DNA of 64,000 nucleotides, taken from contig OZ241892.1 in NCBI GenBank assembly GCA_965203485.1, positions 3,104,001 through 3,168,000 of the forward strand. Reading direction: 5' to 3'. The translations under genes were made by a program, and so were the position numbers. Below the pieces are notes generated by a model that was not told where the DNA came from, did no database searches, and worked only from the letters and a program-made list of their open reading frames with translations. Shown one piece after another: positions 27,748 through 37,162 of the stretch; position 1 is the stretch's first letter, and each line of letters opens with the position of its first letter. The stretch is from Longimicrobiales bacterium (GTDB lineage Bacteria > Gemmatimonadota > Gemmatimonadetes > Longimicrobiales > Gaopeijiaceae).

Positions 27748-28920
27748 ATGATCCAACCCAGTGGAAAGAACACGGCCGCCGGAGCTGGCGCAAGTCCGCC
27801 CGGCTCCCGGTCGGGAACCCTCCCGAGCGCCGGCATGAAGGCGGCGCTGTCCGCGGGCTCCGGCCGCCCATTTCCTTCGGTGTCGGTCGTGGTCCCCGCG
27901 AAGGACGCCGATGCAGTCGTCAAGCACGCCCTGGACGCGATTCTGGCCCAGGACTATCCAGGTTCGGTCGAAGTCGTGGTGGCCGACGGGTCCGACCCGC
28001 CCGCCCTGGCCGGACTGTTGCGCGAGACGCATCCGGACGTGCGCGTGGTCGCCAATCCGGGCCGCATTGCCGCCTCGGGGCTCAACGCGGCACTGAGGGT
28101 GGCGACCGGGGAGGTCGTAGCGCGTTGCGACGCGCATGCGGTGCTCCCCCCTGGTTATGTGAGCAGGGCGGTCGAGACGCTGGAGGAAACTGGTGCGGCC
28201 AACGTCGGCGGAATGATGTCGCCCTTCGGCGGCACGCTCTTCGGACGCGCCGTTGCCCTGGCCGTGACGTCGTTGCTGGGTTCGGGAGGATCGCGCCATC
28301 GGTACGGCGGCGCGGCTGGGCCTGCGGACACCGTCTACTTGGGCGTCTTTCGGAGACGGACGCTGGACGAAGCCGGCGGATTCAACGTCGCGACGCCGGT
28401 CAACGAGGACTACGAACTCAACTGCCGCCTGCGCGAGCGAGGTCGCACGGTGTGGTTCGATCCCCGCCTTCGGGTGGGATACCGGACTCGGGGGACGTGG
28501 CCGGCGCTCGCCCGGCAGTATCTGGGCTACGGCTGGTCCAAGCGCTTGACCATCCGCCGTCATCCGTCGTCGGTGCGGCCACGCCAAGTCGCGGCGGCCC
28601 TGCCGGCGCTGGGGCTGGCGGGGTCTGCCGTCCTGGCGCTGGCCGGGGCGCCCGTCGCGGCGTGGGCTTGGGGGCCGCTCGGCTACGCGGCGGCGCTCGT
28701 CGTCCATGCGGTGGCAACCGGCGTTCGCCGCCGGGAGCCCGCCGCGCTCTACCTGCCCTTGGCGCTGGCCACGATGCATGTGGCATGGGGCGTGGGCCTT
28801 GTCGTCCCCACGGCCTTCTTTCTGTCCAAGGACGTGCGCACGCGGCTCGAACGACAAGCCCTGTCGGCTCCGTCCGATCTCGAACCAACGCAACCCATGA
28901 TCACGGGAACATCGCGATGA
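27748..28920 (+). CDS. GT2 glycosyltransferase (ExoA-like)
   Basis: SVVVPA, VADGSD, DAH, NEDYELN.RL motifs; hydrophobic C-terminus. Confidence 0.9.
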   Translation: MIQPSGKNTAAGAGASPPGSRSGTLPSAGMKAALSAGSGRPFPSVSVVVPAKDADAVVKHALDAILAQDYPGSVEVVVADGSDPPALAGLLRETHPDVRVVANPGRIAASGLNAALRVATGEVVARCDAHAVLPPGYVSRAVETLEETGAANVGGMMSPFGGTLFGRAVALAVTSLLGSGGSRHRYGGAAGPADTVYLGVFRRRTLDEAGGFNVATPVNEDYELNCRLRERGRTVWFDPRLRVGYRTRGTWPALARQYLGYGWSKRLTIRRHPSSVRPRQVAAALPALGLAGSAVLALAGAPVAAWAWGPLGYAAALVVHAVATGVRRREPAALYLPLALATMHVAWGVGLVVPTAFFLSKDVRTRLERQALSAPSDLEPTQPMITGTSR

Positions 28921-30290
28921 AGCGACGAGACTTTGTTCGGACCGGCGCACTGGGGGCGGCGGTCGCCGCCGGAGCCGGCTCGGGGTGCGGCGCGGGCGGC
29001 ATCCGCGTGCGGCAGGCCGAGTCCACGGCGCCGCCGCCGGGGTTGCCTTCACCTCCCGAGCAACCTTTGGCGGCGCCACCGGTCGACGAGGTGCGCATAG
29101 GCTTCGTGGGAGTCGGCGGCATGGGGACCGCGCATGTCCGCAACTTGGTGCGCATCGAGGGATGCGCCGTCGCGGCGGTGTGCGATGTCGTGCCGGCCCA
29201 CGCGGAACGCGCGGCCGCGATCGTCGAAGGAGCCGGTCACCGCCCGCCCGTCTTGTACACGCGCGGCGACACGGACTTCGAGCGAATGTGCGCCGAGATG
29301 GACTTGGACCTCGTGTACACGGCCACCCCTTGGCGCTGGCACGTTCCGGTCTGCGTCGCGGCCATGGGCAACGGCAAGCATGCCGCGACCGAAGTGCCCG
29401 CGGCGTACACGCTGGACGGCTGCTGGGAGCTGGTCGAGACGGCCGAGGCGACCGGCCGTCACTGCGTGATGATGGAGAACGTCAACTACGGACGCGCCGA
29501 ACTGCTGTGCCTGAACTTGGTGCGGCAAGGGCTCTTGGGCGAAGTGCTGCACGCCGAATGCGGCTACCTGCACGACTTGCGCGCCGTCAAGTTCGCGGAC
29601 GAAGGCGAAGGGCTGTGGCGGCGCGACCATTCCTGGACGCGCAACGGCAACCTTTACCCCACGCACGGCCTGGGGCCGGTGGCGAACTGCATGAACATCA
29701 ACCGCGGGGACCGTTTCGACTACTTGGTGTCGATGAGCAGCCCGTCGCGGGGGCTGCAGGACTGGGCGACGGAACATTACCCGGAGGGACATTCCAAGCG
29801 CGCGGAGAGCTTCGTCTTGGGCGACGTAAACGGCAGTCTCGTCAAGACCGCGCTGGGACGGACAATCTACCTGTCGCACGACACGAACCTGCCGCGTCCC
29901 TACAGCCGCATCAACTTGGTGCAGGGAACTCGGGGCATATTTCAGGGCTATCCAGACCGCGTGCACATAGAGGGACGCAGTCCCGCGCACCAATGGGAGC
30001 CTGCCGAGGCGTACTACGAGGAGCACGAGCATCCACTGTGGAGCGCCCTGCGAGAAGCGTCGCTCGGCGCCGGACACGGCGGCATGGACTTCGTCGAAGA
30101 CTATCGCTTGGTTCAGTGCATCCGCGAGGGACTGCCGACCGACATGAACGTCTACGACGCCGCCGCCCTCAGCGCGGTCTGCGAACTCTCGGAGAAGAGC
30201 GTGGCGCAGGGCAGCGCCCCAGAAGCGTTTCCCGACTTTACTCGCGGCCGCTGGCGTTCCTGGGCGCCGTGGCCAATCGTGACCGCCTGA
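28917..30290 (+). CDS. GH109 alpha-N-acetylgalactosaminidase-like (Gfo/Idh/MocA), Tat-exported
   Basis: Tat motif KRRDF; ATPW.WH, EVPAA, NGNLYPTHGLGP, PRPYSR and GHGGMD motifs. Confidence 0.93.
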   Translation: MKRRDFVRTGALGAAVAAGAGSGCGAGGIRVRQAESTAPPPGLPSPPEQPLAAPPVDEVRIGFVGVGGMGTAHVRNLVRIEGCAVAAVCDVVPAHAERAAAIVEGAGHRPPVLYTRGDTDFERMCAEMDLDLVYTATPWRWHVPVCVAAMGNGKHAATEVPAAYTLDGCWELVETAEATGRHCVMMENVNYGRAELLCLNLVRQGLLGEVLHAECGYLHDLRAVKFADEGEGLWRRDHSWTRNGNLYPTHGLGPVANCMNINRGDRFDYLVSMSSPSRGLQDWATEHYPEGHSKRAESFVLGDVNGSLVKTALGRTIYLSHDTNLPRPYSRINLVQGTRGIFQGYPDRVHIEGRSPAHQWEPAEAYYEEHEHPLWSALREASLGAGHGGMDFVEDYRLVQCIREGLPTDMNVYDAAALSAVCELSEKSVAQGSAPEAFPDFTRGRWRSWAPWPIVTA

Positions 30291-30313
30291 CGGACGGAGG
30301 CGCGCCGACGGTC

Positions 30314-31396
30314 TTATACGCCGGCCTGGCGCTTCACGTACACCGCTGCGTCGAGGTGCGTGGCGAACCAGACGTCTTCGTGCTGTTTGACGTATTGGAT
30401 CAGCTCCTCCAGCACGACGATGCGGGAGCGGTGGCCAATGACGTGCGGATGCATCGTCAGCAGGAACATGCCGCCTTCCTCGTAGGCGCCGTCGAACTCG
30501 TCCTTCCACACCTGCAGGACGTCCCGGGGGTTGGCGTACCGGCCTCCGCGAGGGTTTAGGAGCGGCGCGTCGTCGAGAATCCATTCCACCGGCAATTCGA
30601 CCATGCCGGTGGGCTCGCCGTGGGCGTCTATCTCATACGGACTGTCGTCCTCATACGGACTGTCGTCGGCCATCAGCGACGAATCGTACAAGAAGCCCAT
30701 CTCGCGGATGATGGACAGCGTATTGTCGCTGAAGTTCCAGGACGGCGCGCGGTAGCCCAGCGGCCGCGCGCCGGTCGCGGCCGTCATGTACTCGACGGCG
30801 CGTTGCAGCAACGCGCGCTCGGTCTCTGCGTCCAGATCGGAGTTGAGTTCGTGTATCCAGCCGTGCACGGCGAATTCGTGACGCCCGGAAGCTTGGACGA
30901 CTCCGATCTGCGACGTGTCGAGGACGAGACTCACGGCGGGAAAGAAGAAGGACGCCGGGATGCCCTCGCGATCCAGCAACTCGACGATGCGCGGAAGCGC
31001 CACGCGCGCACCGTACTGTCCTTGGGAGAGCGAACCGACCGTCGCGTCGCCGTAGCGCAAGCCGGTGACCGTCTCGTTGTCCACGTCGAACGACAGCAAC
31101 ACCGCCGCCCGAGCGCCGCCCGGCCACTGCGTAGGCAGAAGGCTGCGACCGGCGCGCACAGCGTTGACCGTTTCCGCCACCCGCTGGTCGGACCAAGTCC
31201 AGCCTGGCTCGTAGTCGCGCGCAAGCGCGCCGGGATCATGCGCTTCGGGCGTGCAACTCGGCATCGCCGCCATCGCAACCAGCGCGGCCGAGCGCGCCAA
31301 CCCGGCGACTGCGCGCTCAGCGGGCACGGCGGCCATGATTCGGCGCGCGGAGCCGGCCGGCCGAGCGCGCGGTCCGTCTCCCGGACTAGCTGCCAT
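30314..31396 (-). CDS. Polysaccharide deacetylase (PgdA/PuuE-like NodB domain)
   Basis: SFDVD, HGWIHE, GYRAP, YDSS and TMHP motifs. Alternative start at 31336. Confidence 0.9.
   Translation of the reverse strand: MAASPGDGPRARPAGSARRIMAAVPAERAVAGLARSAALVAMAAMPSCTPEAHDPGALARDYEPGWTWSDQRVAETVNAVRAGRSLLPTQWPGGARAAVLLSFDVDNETVTGLRYGDATVGSLSQGQYGARVALPRIVELLDREGIPASFFFPAVSLVLDTSQIGVVQASGRHEFAVHGWIHELNSDLDAETERALLQRAVEYMTAATGARPLGYRAPSWNFSDNTLSIIREMGFLYDSSLMADDSPYEDDSPYEIDAHGEPTGMVELPVEWILDDAPLLNPRGGRYANPRDVLQVWKDEFDGAYEEGGMFLLTMHPHVIGHRSRIVVLEELIQYVKQHEDVWFATHLDAAVYVKRQAGV
30632..30667. repeat. Perfect 18-bp tandem duplication within the deacetylase gene
   Basis: CTCATACGGACTGTCGTC x2, giving DDSPYE-DDSPYE. 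Confidence 0.95.
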
Positions 31397-33425
31397 CGCC
31401 GCTTCCGTCCTTGCTCCCCGCGAGCATCCCCAGCTCGCGAACGGTCTCCGCCAAGCGCACGAACTCGGCGCGGTAGCCCCGTTCGTCCGCGCCGCGGCTA
31501 CGGCCGGCCAGGCGAATCACGTCGTCCAGCGAATACGCGCCCGCGTGGGGCGAGTCGCGAAGCAGCATGCCGAACGCGGCAACCGCCGTCGCGAAGCGGA
31601 AGTCGGCGGACGGCTCCGACCGCTCGGCCGCGACCACGTGTTCCAGCAACTTGCTTCGCGTTCCATCGGGATCCTTGTAGCGGACTTTCACGAACATCAG
31701 CTCGTCCTCGAACCCCTCGGGCGGCTCGACGGCTTGCGGCTGGTACCTCAGCGAGTCCACTTCGCCGCGAGGAACCGGCTGGCCCGCCGGCACGACCTCG
31801 TAGAGCGCGGTGACCGTGTGGCCGGCGCCCAGTTCGCCTGCGTCCTTGGCGTCGTCGGCAAAGTCTTCCGCGTTGAGAAGGCGGTTCTCGTACCCGATCA
31901 GCCGGTAGCCGGCCACGCGCCGGGGATTGAACTCGACCTGGATCTTGACGTCCTTGGCGAGCGTCAGCAACGTGCCGCCCATCTCCTCCACCAGCGCCTT
32001 CTTGGCTTCGAGCAGATTGTCCACGTAGTGGTAGTTGCCGTTTCCGTGGTCGGCGAGCTGTTCCATCTTCGAGTCCTTGAGGTTGCCCGTTCCGAAGCCC
32101 AGCACCGTGAGGAACGTGCCCGACTCGCGCTCGCGCTCGATCAAGCGCACCATCTCTCCGTCGCTGGACGGGCCGACGTTGAAGTCGCCGTCGGTGGCGA
32201 GGACAATGCGATTGCTTCCGCCCTCGATGCGGTTCTTGCCCGCAGTTTCGTACGCCAGCTGGAGCCCGGCGCCTCCCGCGGTGCTTCCGCCCGCGTGCAA
32301 CTGGTCCAAGGCGGCGAGGATTTCGCCCCTCTGGTTGCCGGGCGTCGAGGGAAGCGCCAAGCCTGCCGCGCCCGCGTACACAACGATCGCGACGCGGTCC
32401 TGGGGCCGAAGCTGCTCGACCAGCAAGGCGAACGCCTTCTTGAGCAGGGGCAACTTGTCGGGCCCGGACATCGATCCCGAGACGTCCATCAGAAAGACCA
32501 AGTTGCTGGGCGGCAGATGCGCGGTCTCGACCGAACGCGCCCGCATTCCGATGCGGACCAAGCGATGGCCGGGCTTCCATGGCGCGTCCCATACTTCGGT
32601 GGCCACGGTAAACGGGCGCTCGCCCCGAACTTCGCCCCAGGAGTAGGGGAAGTAGTTGATCATCTCCTCGATTCGAACAGCGTCGACGGGCGGACGTTCT
32701 CCCGACTGGATGAAGCGCCGCACGTTGGCGTAGGAGGCCCGGTCCACGTCGATGGAGAAGGTGGAGAGCGGCGCCGCGCTGACGAGCCGAAAGTCGTTCT
32801 CCGGCAAGTGGGCGTAGGACTCGGTGTTGAAGTCGGCCAGCGGCCCTTGATGCAGCCGCAACCTTGCCTGGGCCTGGACGCGGCCGTGGACGACGAACTC
32901 CTCGAGCGGCGCCGCCGGCTCGATGCTGGGCATGGCACCGGGCGAGAGCGCGAAGTCCACAATCGCGGTCTCGCCCGGCGCGACCGTTATCGTTTCGCGC
33001 GCCGTCTCGTATCCGGGGGCCGAGGCCTCGACGACGTGTTCGCCCGAGGGGACGCCCAGCCGAAAGCCTCCCGCCGAGTTGGTCGCTTGGCCGGTCGAGG
33101 TTCCGGCAATTGCGACCCAGGCGCTCGCGAGCGGCATTCCCGAGTCGGCGTCGCGCACCTTTCCGGCGACGACCGCAGTCTGCACCTGCGCCGCGACGCA
33201 CGGCGGCGCCGCAACGCTGGCGGCCGCGGCGAGAAGAGCGGTTCGGCGGAGCGCCGCGCCGGTCCGGCCTGCAAGTGCGCGCAACGCTCGGCGCGAAGCC
33301 AAGGCGGCGGTGGCGGCCGTGGCGGCGGGCTTGGCGGCGGGCGGCGCCGCAATGCCGACGCCCGTGGCGACGACGGCCGCGTTGAACGGTCCCGTGGCGC
33401 GCTGTTCGCAACTTCGTCGAGTCAT
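31386..33425 (-). CDS. VWA-domain protein (YfbK-like) with N-terminal carboxypeptidase-regulatory-like domain
   Basis: STFSIDVDRASY, MIDAS DVSGSM, LATDGDFNVG, YRLIGYENR motifs. Start uncertain. Confidence 0.92.
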   Translation of the reverse strand: MTRRSCEQRATGPFNAAVVATGVGIAAPPAAKPAATAATAALASRRALRALAGRTGAALRRTALLAAAASVAAPPCVAAQVQTAVVAGKVRDADSGMPLASAWVAIAGTSTGQATNSAGGFRLGVPSGEHVVEASAPGYETARETITVAPGETAIVDFALSPGAMPSIEPAAPLEEFVVHGRVQAQARLRLHQGPLADFNTESYAHLPENDFRLVSAAPLSTFSIDVDRASYANVRRFIQSGERPPVDAVRIEEMINYFPYSWGEVRGERPFTVATEVWDAPWKPGHRLVRIGMRARSVETAHLPPSNLVFLMDVSGSMSGPDKLPLLKKAFALLVEQLRPQDRVAIVVYAGAAGLALPSTPGNQRGEILAALDQLHAGGSTAGGAGLQLAYETAGKNRIEGGSNRIVLATDGDFNVGPSSDGEMVRLIERERESGTFLTVLGFGTGNLKDSKMEQLADHGNGNYHYVDNLLEAKKALVEEMGGTLLTLAKDVKIQVEFNPRRVAGYRLIGYENRLLNAEDFADDAKDAGELGAGHTVTALYEVVPAGQPVPRGEVDSLRYQPQAVEPPEGFEDELMFVKVRYKDPDGTRSKLLEHVVAAERSEPSADFRFATAVAAFGMLLRDSPHAGAYSLDDVIRLAGRSRGADERGYRAEFVRLAETVRELGMLAGSKDGSGDGS

Positions 33426-33632
33426 GGCAACCTCGCTCCCTTTCTCCTGTCTCGTGGCGCGAAAGGCGCGCGCAACCCCCCTAAAGCGGCCCAGCCGTGC
33501 TCGCGAACCGCGAGGCGCGGGCAACGGTCCCTGCCGCAACATACCGTCCGAGGGCCGCACTTGCTCCGTTGACCAGAGGACTTCGGCCGGCGAGGAAAGG
33601 TTGCCGCGTCTCCGGCCCACAGCTCTTGGGCG

Positions 33633-34151
33633 CTACGGCGACCCCTGCGACGGTTCTCGGCCGGGCGGATACCAGCAGCCTTCCGACCGGCTAGTGTCCA
33701 CCAGCTGCGTGATCCGCCAGTCCTCGCCGGCGCGGTAGAGCTCGAAGGCGTCCGAGCCGCAGTGGGAGAACTCCTCTCCCAAGAAGAAGGCGTACTTGGT
33801 CCACATTTGGGCCAAGCGGCCGTCCACGTTCACGACCCAGTCCCATATCGGCTCGTCCCACACTTCGTCCTTGGGCCGTCCGATTGCCGCGACGAAGCCG
33901 TCCACCGGCCCGAAGCTGATGCCCTCGTCGGTGGCGCGCCCCAAGCGGGCGTCCGCGTGGAAGACCGAGGCGGCCAGTTCGCCGTCGTTGGTGCGCATTG
34001 CCTCGAAGAGGCGCTCGACGGTCGCGACGACCTCGGCCACGGCTGGATCGGCTTCGGGCTCGGCGGCGGTTTCGGGCGGCAGGCCCTTTTGCACGCACGC
34101 GGCGGACGCGGCTGCGACCACCAGCGAAGCGGCGGTGATGCGGCGGTTCAT
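33633..34151 (-). CDS. NTF2/SnoaL-like lipoprotein
   Basis: Lipobox SAA|C; DG.LA.MW..Y.F......SHCG.DAF.L......W.I pattern; AAGGAG RBS. Confidence 0.85.
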   Translation of the reverse strand: MNRRITAASLVVAAASAACVQKGLPPETAAEPEADPAVAEVVATVERLFEAMRTNDGELAASVFHADARLGRATDEGISFGPVDGFVAAIGRPKDEVWDEPIWDWVVNVDGRLAQMWTKYAFFLGEEFSHCGSDAFELYRAGEDWRITQLVDTSRSEGCWYPPGREPSQGSP

Positions 34152-34279
34152 CCAAGTTCTCCTTGTTCGTTCGGGATTCGCGGGGGGCCGCGTGGCGCAA
34201 CGCGGCGCGGCGTCCGGCAACCCCCCGCTACGGGGGTGCGCACCTTGGCATCCGCGGCAGGCTTCGCGCCTCCCGGAGC

Positions 34280-35593
34280 TCATGGACACGCGTCCGTCTC
34301 GTCGGCCGGCGCGACTCGGTTCGGTCGTTCGGCCACGACCGGGCCCCGCCTCGCGGGGGGCTTGAAGTAGCCAACATGGTCCAGCATGAAGGCCCGGATC
34401 GCGCGCGCCGCCTTGGCGGCGTACGAGCGGCGGTTTGCCGGCGTGTCCCTCACGCCCGCGTACTGATGCTCCAGCTGAATGCCGCTGATCACCTCGCCGT
34501 CCCCGACTGAGCCGTGGATGCGCGTGCTGTAGCCGCCCCTGAAGTACGGGCTGCTCCCGGGCGACGGCGCCGCGGGGCTGGGAACGGAGGCCACGCCCTC
34601 GGCTTGCAGGAGGCCCCCGAAGGACGTGGCGCCGCGGAGAAGGTGGGCGAAGGGCAATGGCGAGTCGCGCCCGAGCTCCCGTATGCTTGAGCAGCGGACG
34701 ACCCCCAGCGAGTTGAGGGACGCGTCGGGGCCGTTCAGCTGTTCCGCAGGCAGGAGATAGCCCAGTTCGACGCGGTCGATCTCGTGCGAATGGCCGTGGA
34801 TGTCCAGGTAGAGGCCCTCGCCGGAGCCGTGCGCGGCGAACGTGCTGCTGACGGTGGCGCGCGCGTCGCGTATCCAATCGTGGTACTCGCGCCAGGCCTG
34901 TTCCGCATACGGATTTCCCTGGGCCGCCTCCTCGATGTCTCGGTTCGGGTCCAGCTTGGCGCGGGCCAAGTGGGAGACCACGAGGTGCGGGGCGAGCCCC
35001 GTCAGTGCGATCAGCTCTTCGCGAACGGCCAGCGCGAGCTCCAGCGTGTTGCGGTCGTTCAGCATGACGCCGTACCTCCGGTCGCCGATCTCGCTGGGCG
35101 CGGCCGCGCCCCCGTGTCCCGCCGAGACGATCACCGGGAGTTCGCCCGGTACGTACTGCACGTAGTTCCGTCGCCCGTAGTAGCTGCGCCCCGGCTCGTA
35201 GCGGCCGACGCGCTCGGGCACGAAGACTTCCAGTTGCGCGGTGGCGCTGATCCCTTGGGCCCTCGCGGTGACCGTCGTGGTTCCGTTGGCGAGGCCGGTC
35301 GCCAAGCCGCGCGCGCTCACCGACGCGACGTCCGGGTCGGCCACCGACCATTCGAGGCGCGCGGCGACAACTCCGCCGTCGGGCCCACGGGCCGTGGCGG
35401 CGAACTGGGCCGCCGAACCCACGCCTACGACGAGGGCCGCGGGCGGCTCAATGGCCAAACCGGTTGGAGCGGGCTCCGCCGGGCCTTCGCCGCCGCACGC
35501 CAGCGACACCGACGTCCCCGCGGCCGCGCCGAGCGCTCGTGCCCGCCGCCGCGCGTTCACGTTGCCGCGCGGCCGTCGCCGGCCAGGGAACAT
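34280..35593 (-). CDS. Probable lipoprotein: Ig-like (Big_2) domain plus N-formylglutamate amidohydrolase-like domain
   Basis: WSVADPDVASV...G.ANGTTTVTA Ig repeat; SAGHGG, RAKLDPNR, DIHGH and GGYST motifs. Confidence 0.75.
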   Translation of the reverse strand: MFPGRRRPRGNVNARRRARALGAAAGTSVSLACGGEGPAEPAPTGLAIEPPAALVVGVGSAAQFAATARGPDGGVVAARLEWSVADPDVASVSARGLATGLANGTTTVTARAQGISATAQLEVFVPERVGRYEPGRSYYGRRNYVQYVPGELPVIVSAGHGGAAAPSEIGDRRYGVMLNDRNTLELALAVREELIALTGLAPHLVVSHLARAKLDPNRDIEEAAQGNPYAEQAWREYHDWIRDARATVSSTFAAHGSGEGLYLDIHGHSHEIDRVELGYLLPAEQLNGPDASLNSLGVVRCSSIRELGRDSPLPFAHLLRGATSFGGLLQAEGVASVPSPAAPSPGSSPYFRGGYSTRIHGSVGDGEVISGIQLEHQYAGVRDTPANRRSYAAKAARAIRAFMLDHVGYFKPPARRGPVVAERPNRVAPADETDACP

Positions 35594-35868
35594 CGTCGTC
35601 GAATGCGAATCCGACTGCGTGCCCGCCACGCCGATGCCTGGCGCGACCATCCGCTGTCCATCGAGCACTCTTGGCGATCCCCTTCCTGCGTAGCGGAACG
35701 TCCGGCCAAGATTGGCGCGCACCCCGCCCGCCGCGCGATTCCCCTGCAACCGCCGCGGCGTCCAAGCGCGGGCGCGACGGTCACGGACGGTCCCGTCCAG
35801 TGGATTCTGCAACGAACTTGGCGCTCGCGCAATTCGCGGAACTCGTCGGGGTCCCTGAACTTGCGCTC

Positions 35869-37074
35869 ATGAACGCCGCCGACCTCGCTCGCCACTACGC
35901 CCGCTTTCGCGTTTCCGAGCGCGTGCTTCTGACGGGGCACTCCCATCAAGCGTGGCCCGACGTGGCCTTCGACGCGCAGCAGCAGGCGTGGCTCGACGCC
36001 GCGGAGCACATGGACGACAAGTGGGACTTGGCGTTCAAGGTCGCCGACCGCGTGCGCGCAGGCTACCGGCGCTTGCTCGACGATCCCGACGGCCACATCG
36101 CTCTCGGCCAGAACACGCACGAACTGGTGGTGCGCTTCCTGTCGGCGCTGCCGTTGCGCGACCGGCCCCGCCTCGTCACGACCGACGGCGAGTTCCACAC
36201 TGTGCGCCGCCAGTTGGACCGGCTTCGGGAGGAGGGAATCGAAGTCGCCAGCGTCGAGGCCGGCGAAGAAGCCGGGACGGTGGTCGCGGAACGATTGGCG
36301 GACGCCGTGGACGGACGGACGGCGGCCGTTCTGGTCTCTTCAGTGCTGTTTCGCGACGCCCGCATCGTCGGAGGCTTGGACGAAGTAGCGCGGGTCTGCT
36401 CGATCGCGGGCGCGGAGCTTCTGGTCGACGTCTACCACTCCCTGGCCGTGGCCCCGTTCTCCGTCCGGAGGATGGGCCTCGATCGCGCGTTCGTGGTAGG
36501 GGGCGGCTACAAGTACTGCCAGCTGGGCGAAGGCGTCGCCTTCCTGCGTATTCCCGCCGACTGCGCGCTGCGGCCCGTCGTGACCGGGTGGTTCGCCGAG
36601 TTCGGCGCCCTGGCGGATTCCCCTAGTTCGGACAGGCTCGGCTCGACGGCTTACGGCGATGGACACCTGCGCTTCGGCGGCGCGACCTACGACCCGGCAA
36701 GCCACTACCGAGCGGCGGCAGTCTTCGGCTTCTTCCGCCAACAGGGCCTGGCAGCCGAGACGCTGCGCTCGATCAGCCTTGCCCAGATCCGCCGCTTGGC
36801 AGCAGGCGTCGACGCCCTCGACCTGGACCGCGCGCTTCTGGCCCGCGACCGTTCGGTCCCGCTGGATCGCAAGGGCGGCTTCTTGGCGCTGAGCAGCCCT
36901 CGGGCCGCCGAACTCGCCTGCGCCCTGCGCGCCCGCGGGGTACACGCCGACCACCGCGACGCAATTCTGCGCTTGGGGCCCGCTCCCTACGTCACCAGCC
37001 AGCAGATCGACGACGCCACTGCGGCGCTTGGGGAGGCTGTTCGATCCCTGGACCCTGGACATCCGTTAAGTTAG
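35869..37074 (+). CDS. kynU: Kynureninase-like class V PLP enzyme
   Basis: LTGHSH, DVYHS, GGGYKY (PLP Lys), P..TGWF and LRLGP motifs. Confidence 0.8.
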   Translation: MNAADLARHYARFRVSERVLLTGHSHQAWPDVAFDAQQQAWLDAAEHMDDKWDLAFKVADRVRAGYRRLLDDPDGHIALGQNTHELVVRFLSALPLRDRPRLVTTDGEFHTVRRQLDRLREEGIEVASVEAGEEAGTVVAERLADAVDGRTAAVLVSSVLFRDARIVGGLDEVARVCSIAGAELLVDVYHSLAVAPFSVRRMGLDRAFVVGGGYKYCQLGEGVAFLRIPADCALRPVVTGWFAEFGALADSPSSDRLGSTAYGDGHLRFGGATYDPASHYRAAAVFGFFRQQGLAAETLRSISLAQIRRLAAGVDALDLDRALLARDRSVPLDRKGGFLALSSPRAAELACALRARGVHADHRDAILRLGPAPYVTSQQIDDATAALGEAVRSLDPGHPLS

Positions 37075-37162
37075 GTTCCGGCCGTGGCCATGCCCACGGA
37101 GGCCCCTCTTCGACCGGCGACGGCGGTTCGAGGAACGGGGCCCTTCCCCGAATGCGCGCCTC

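Noticed and set aside
34222..34236. Hairpin CCCCCG-CTA-CGGGGG as a terminator
   Set aside because: Short stem with no U-tract; expected by chance at this GC content.
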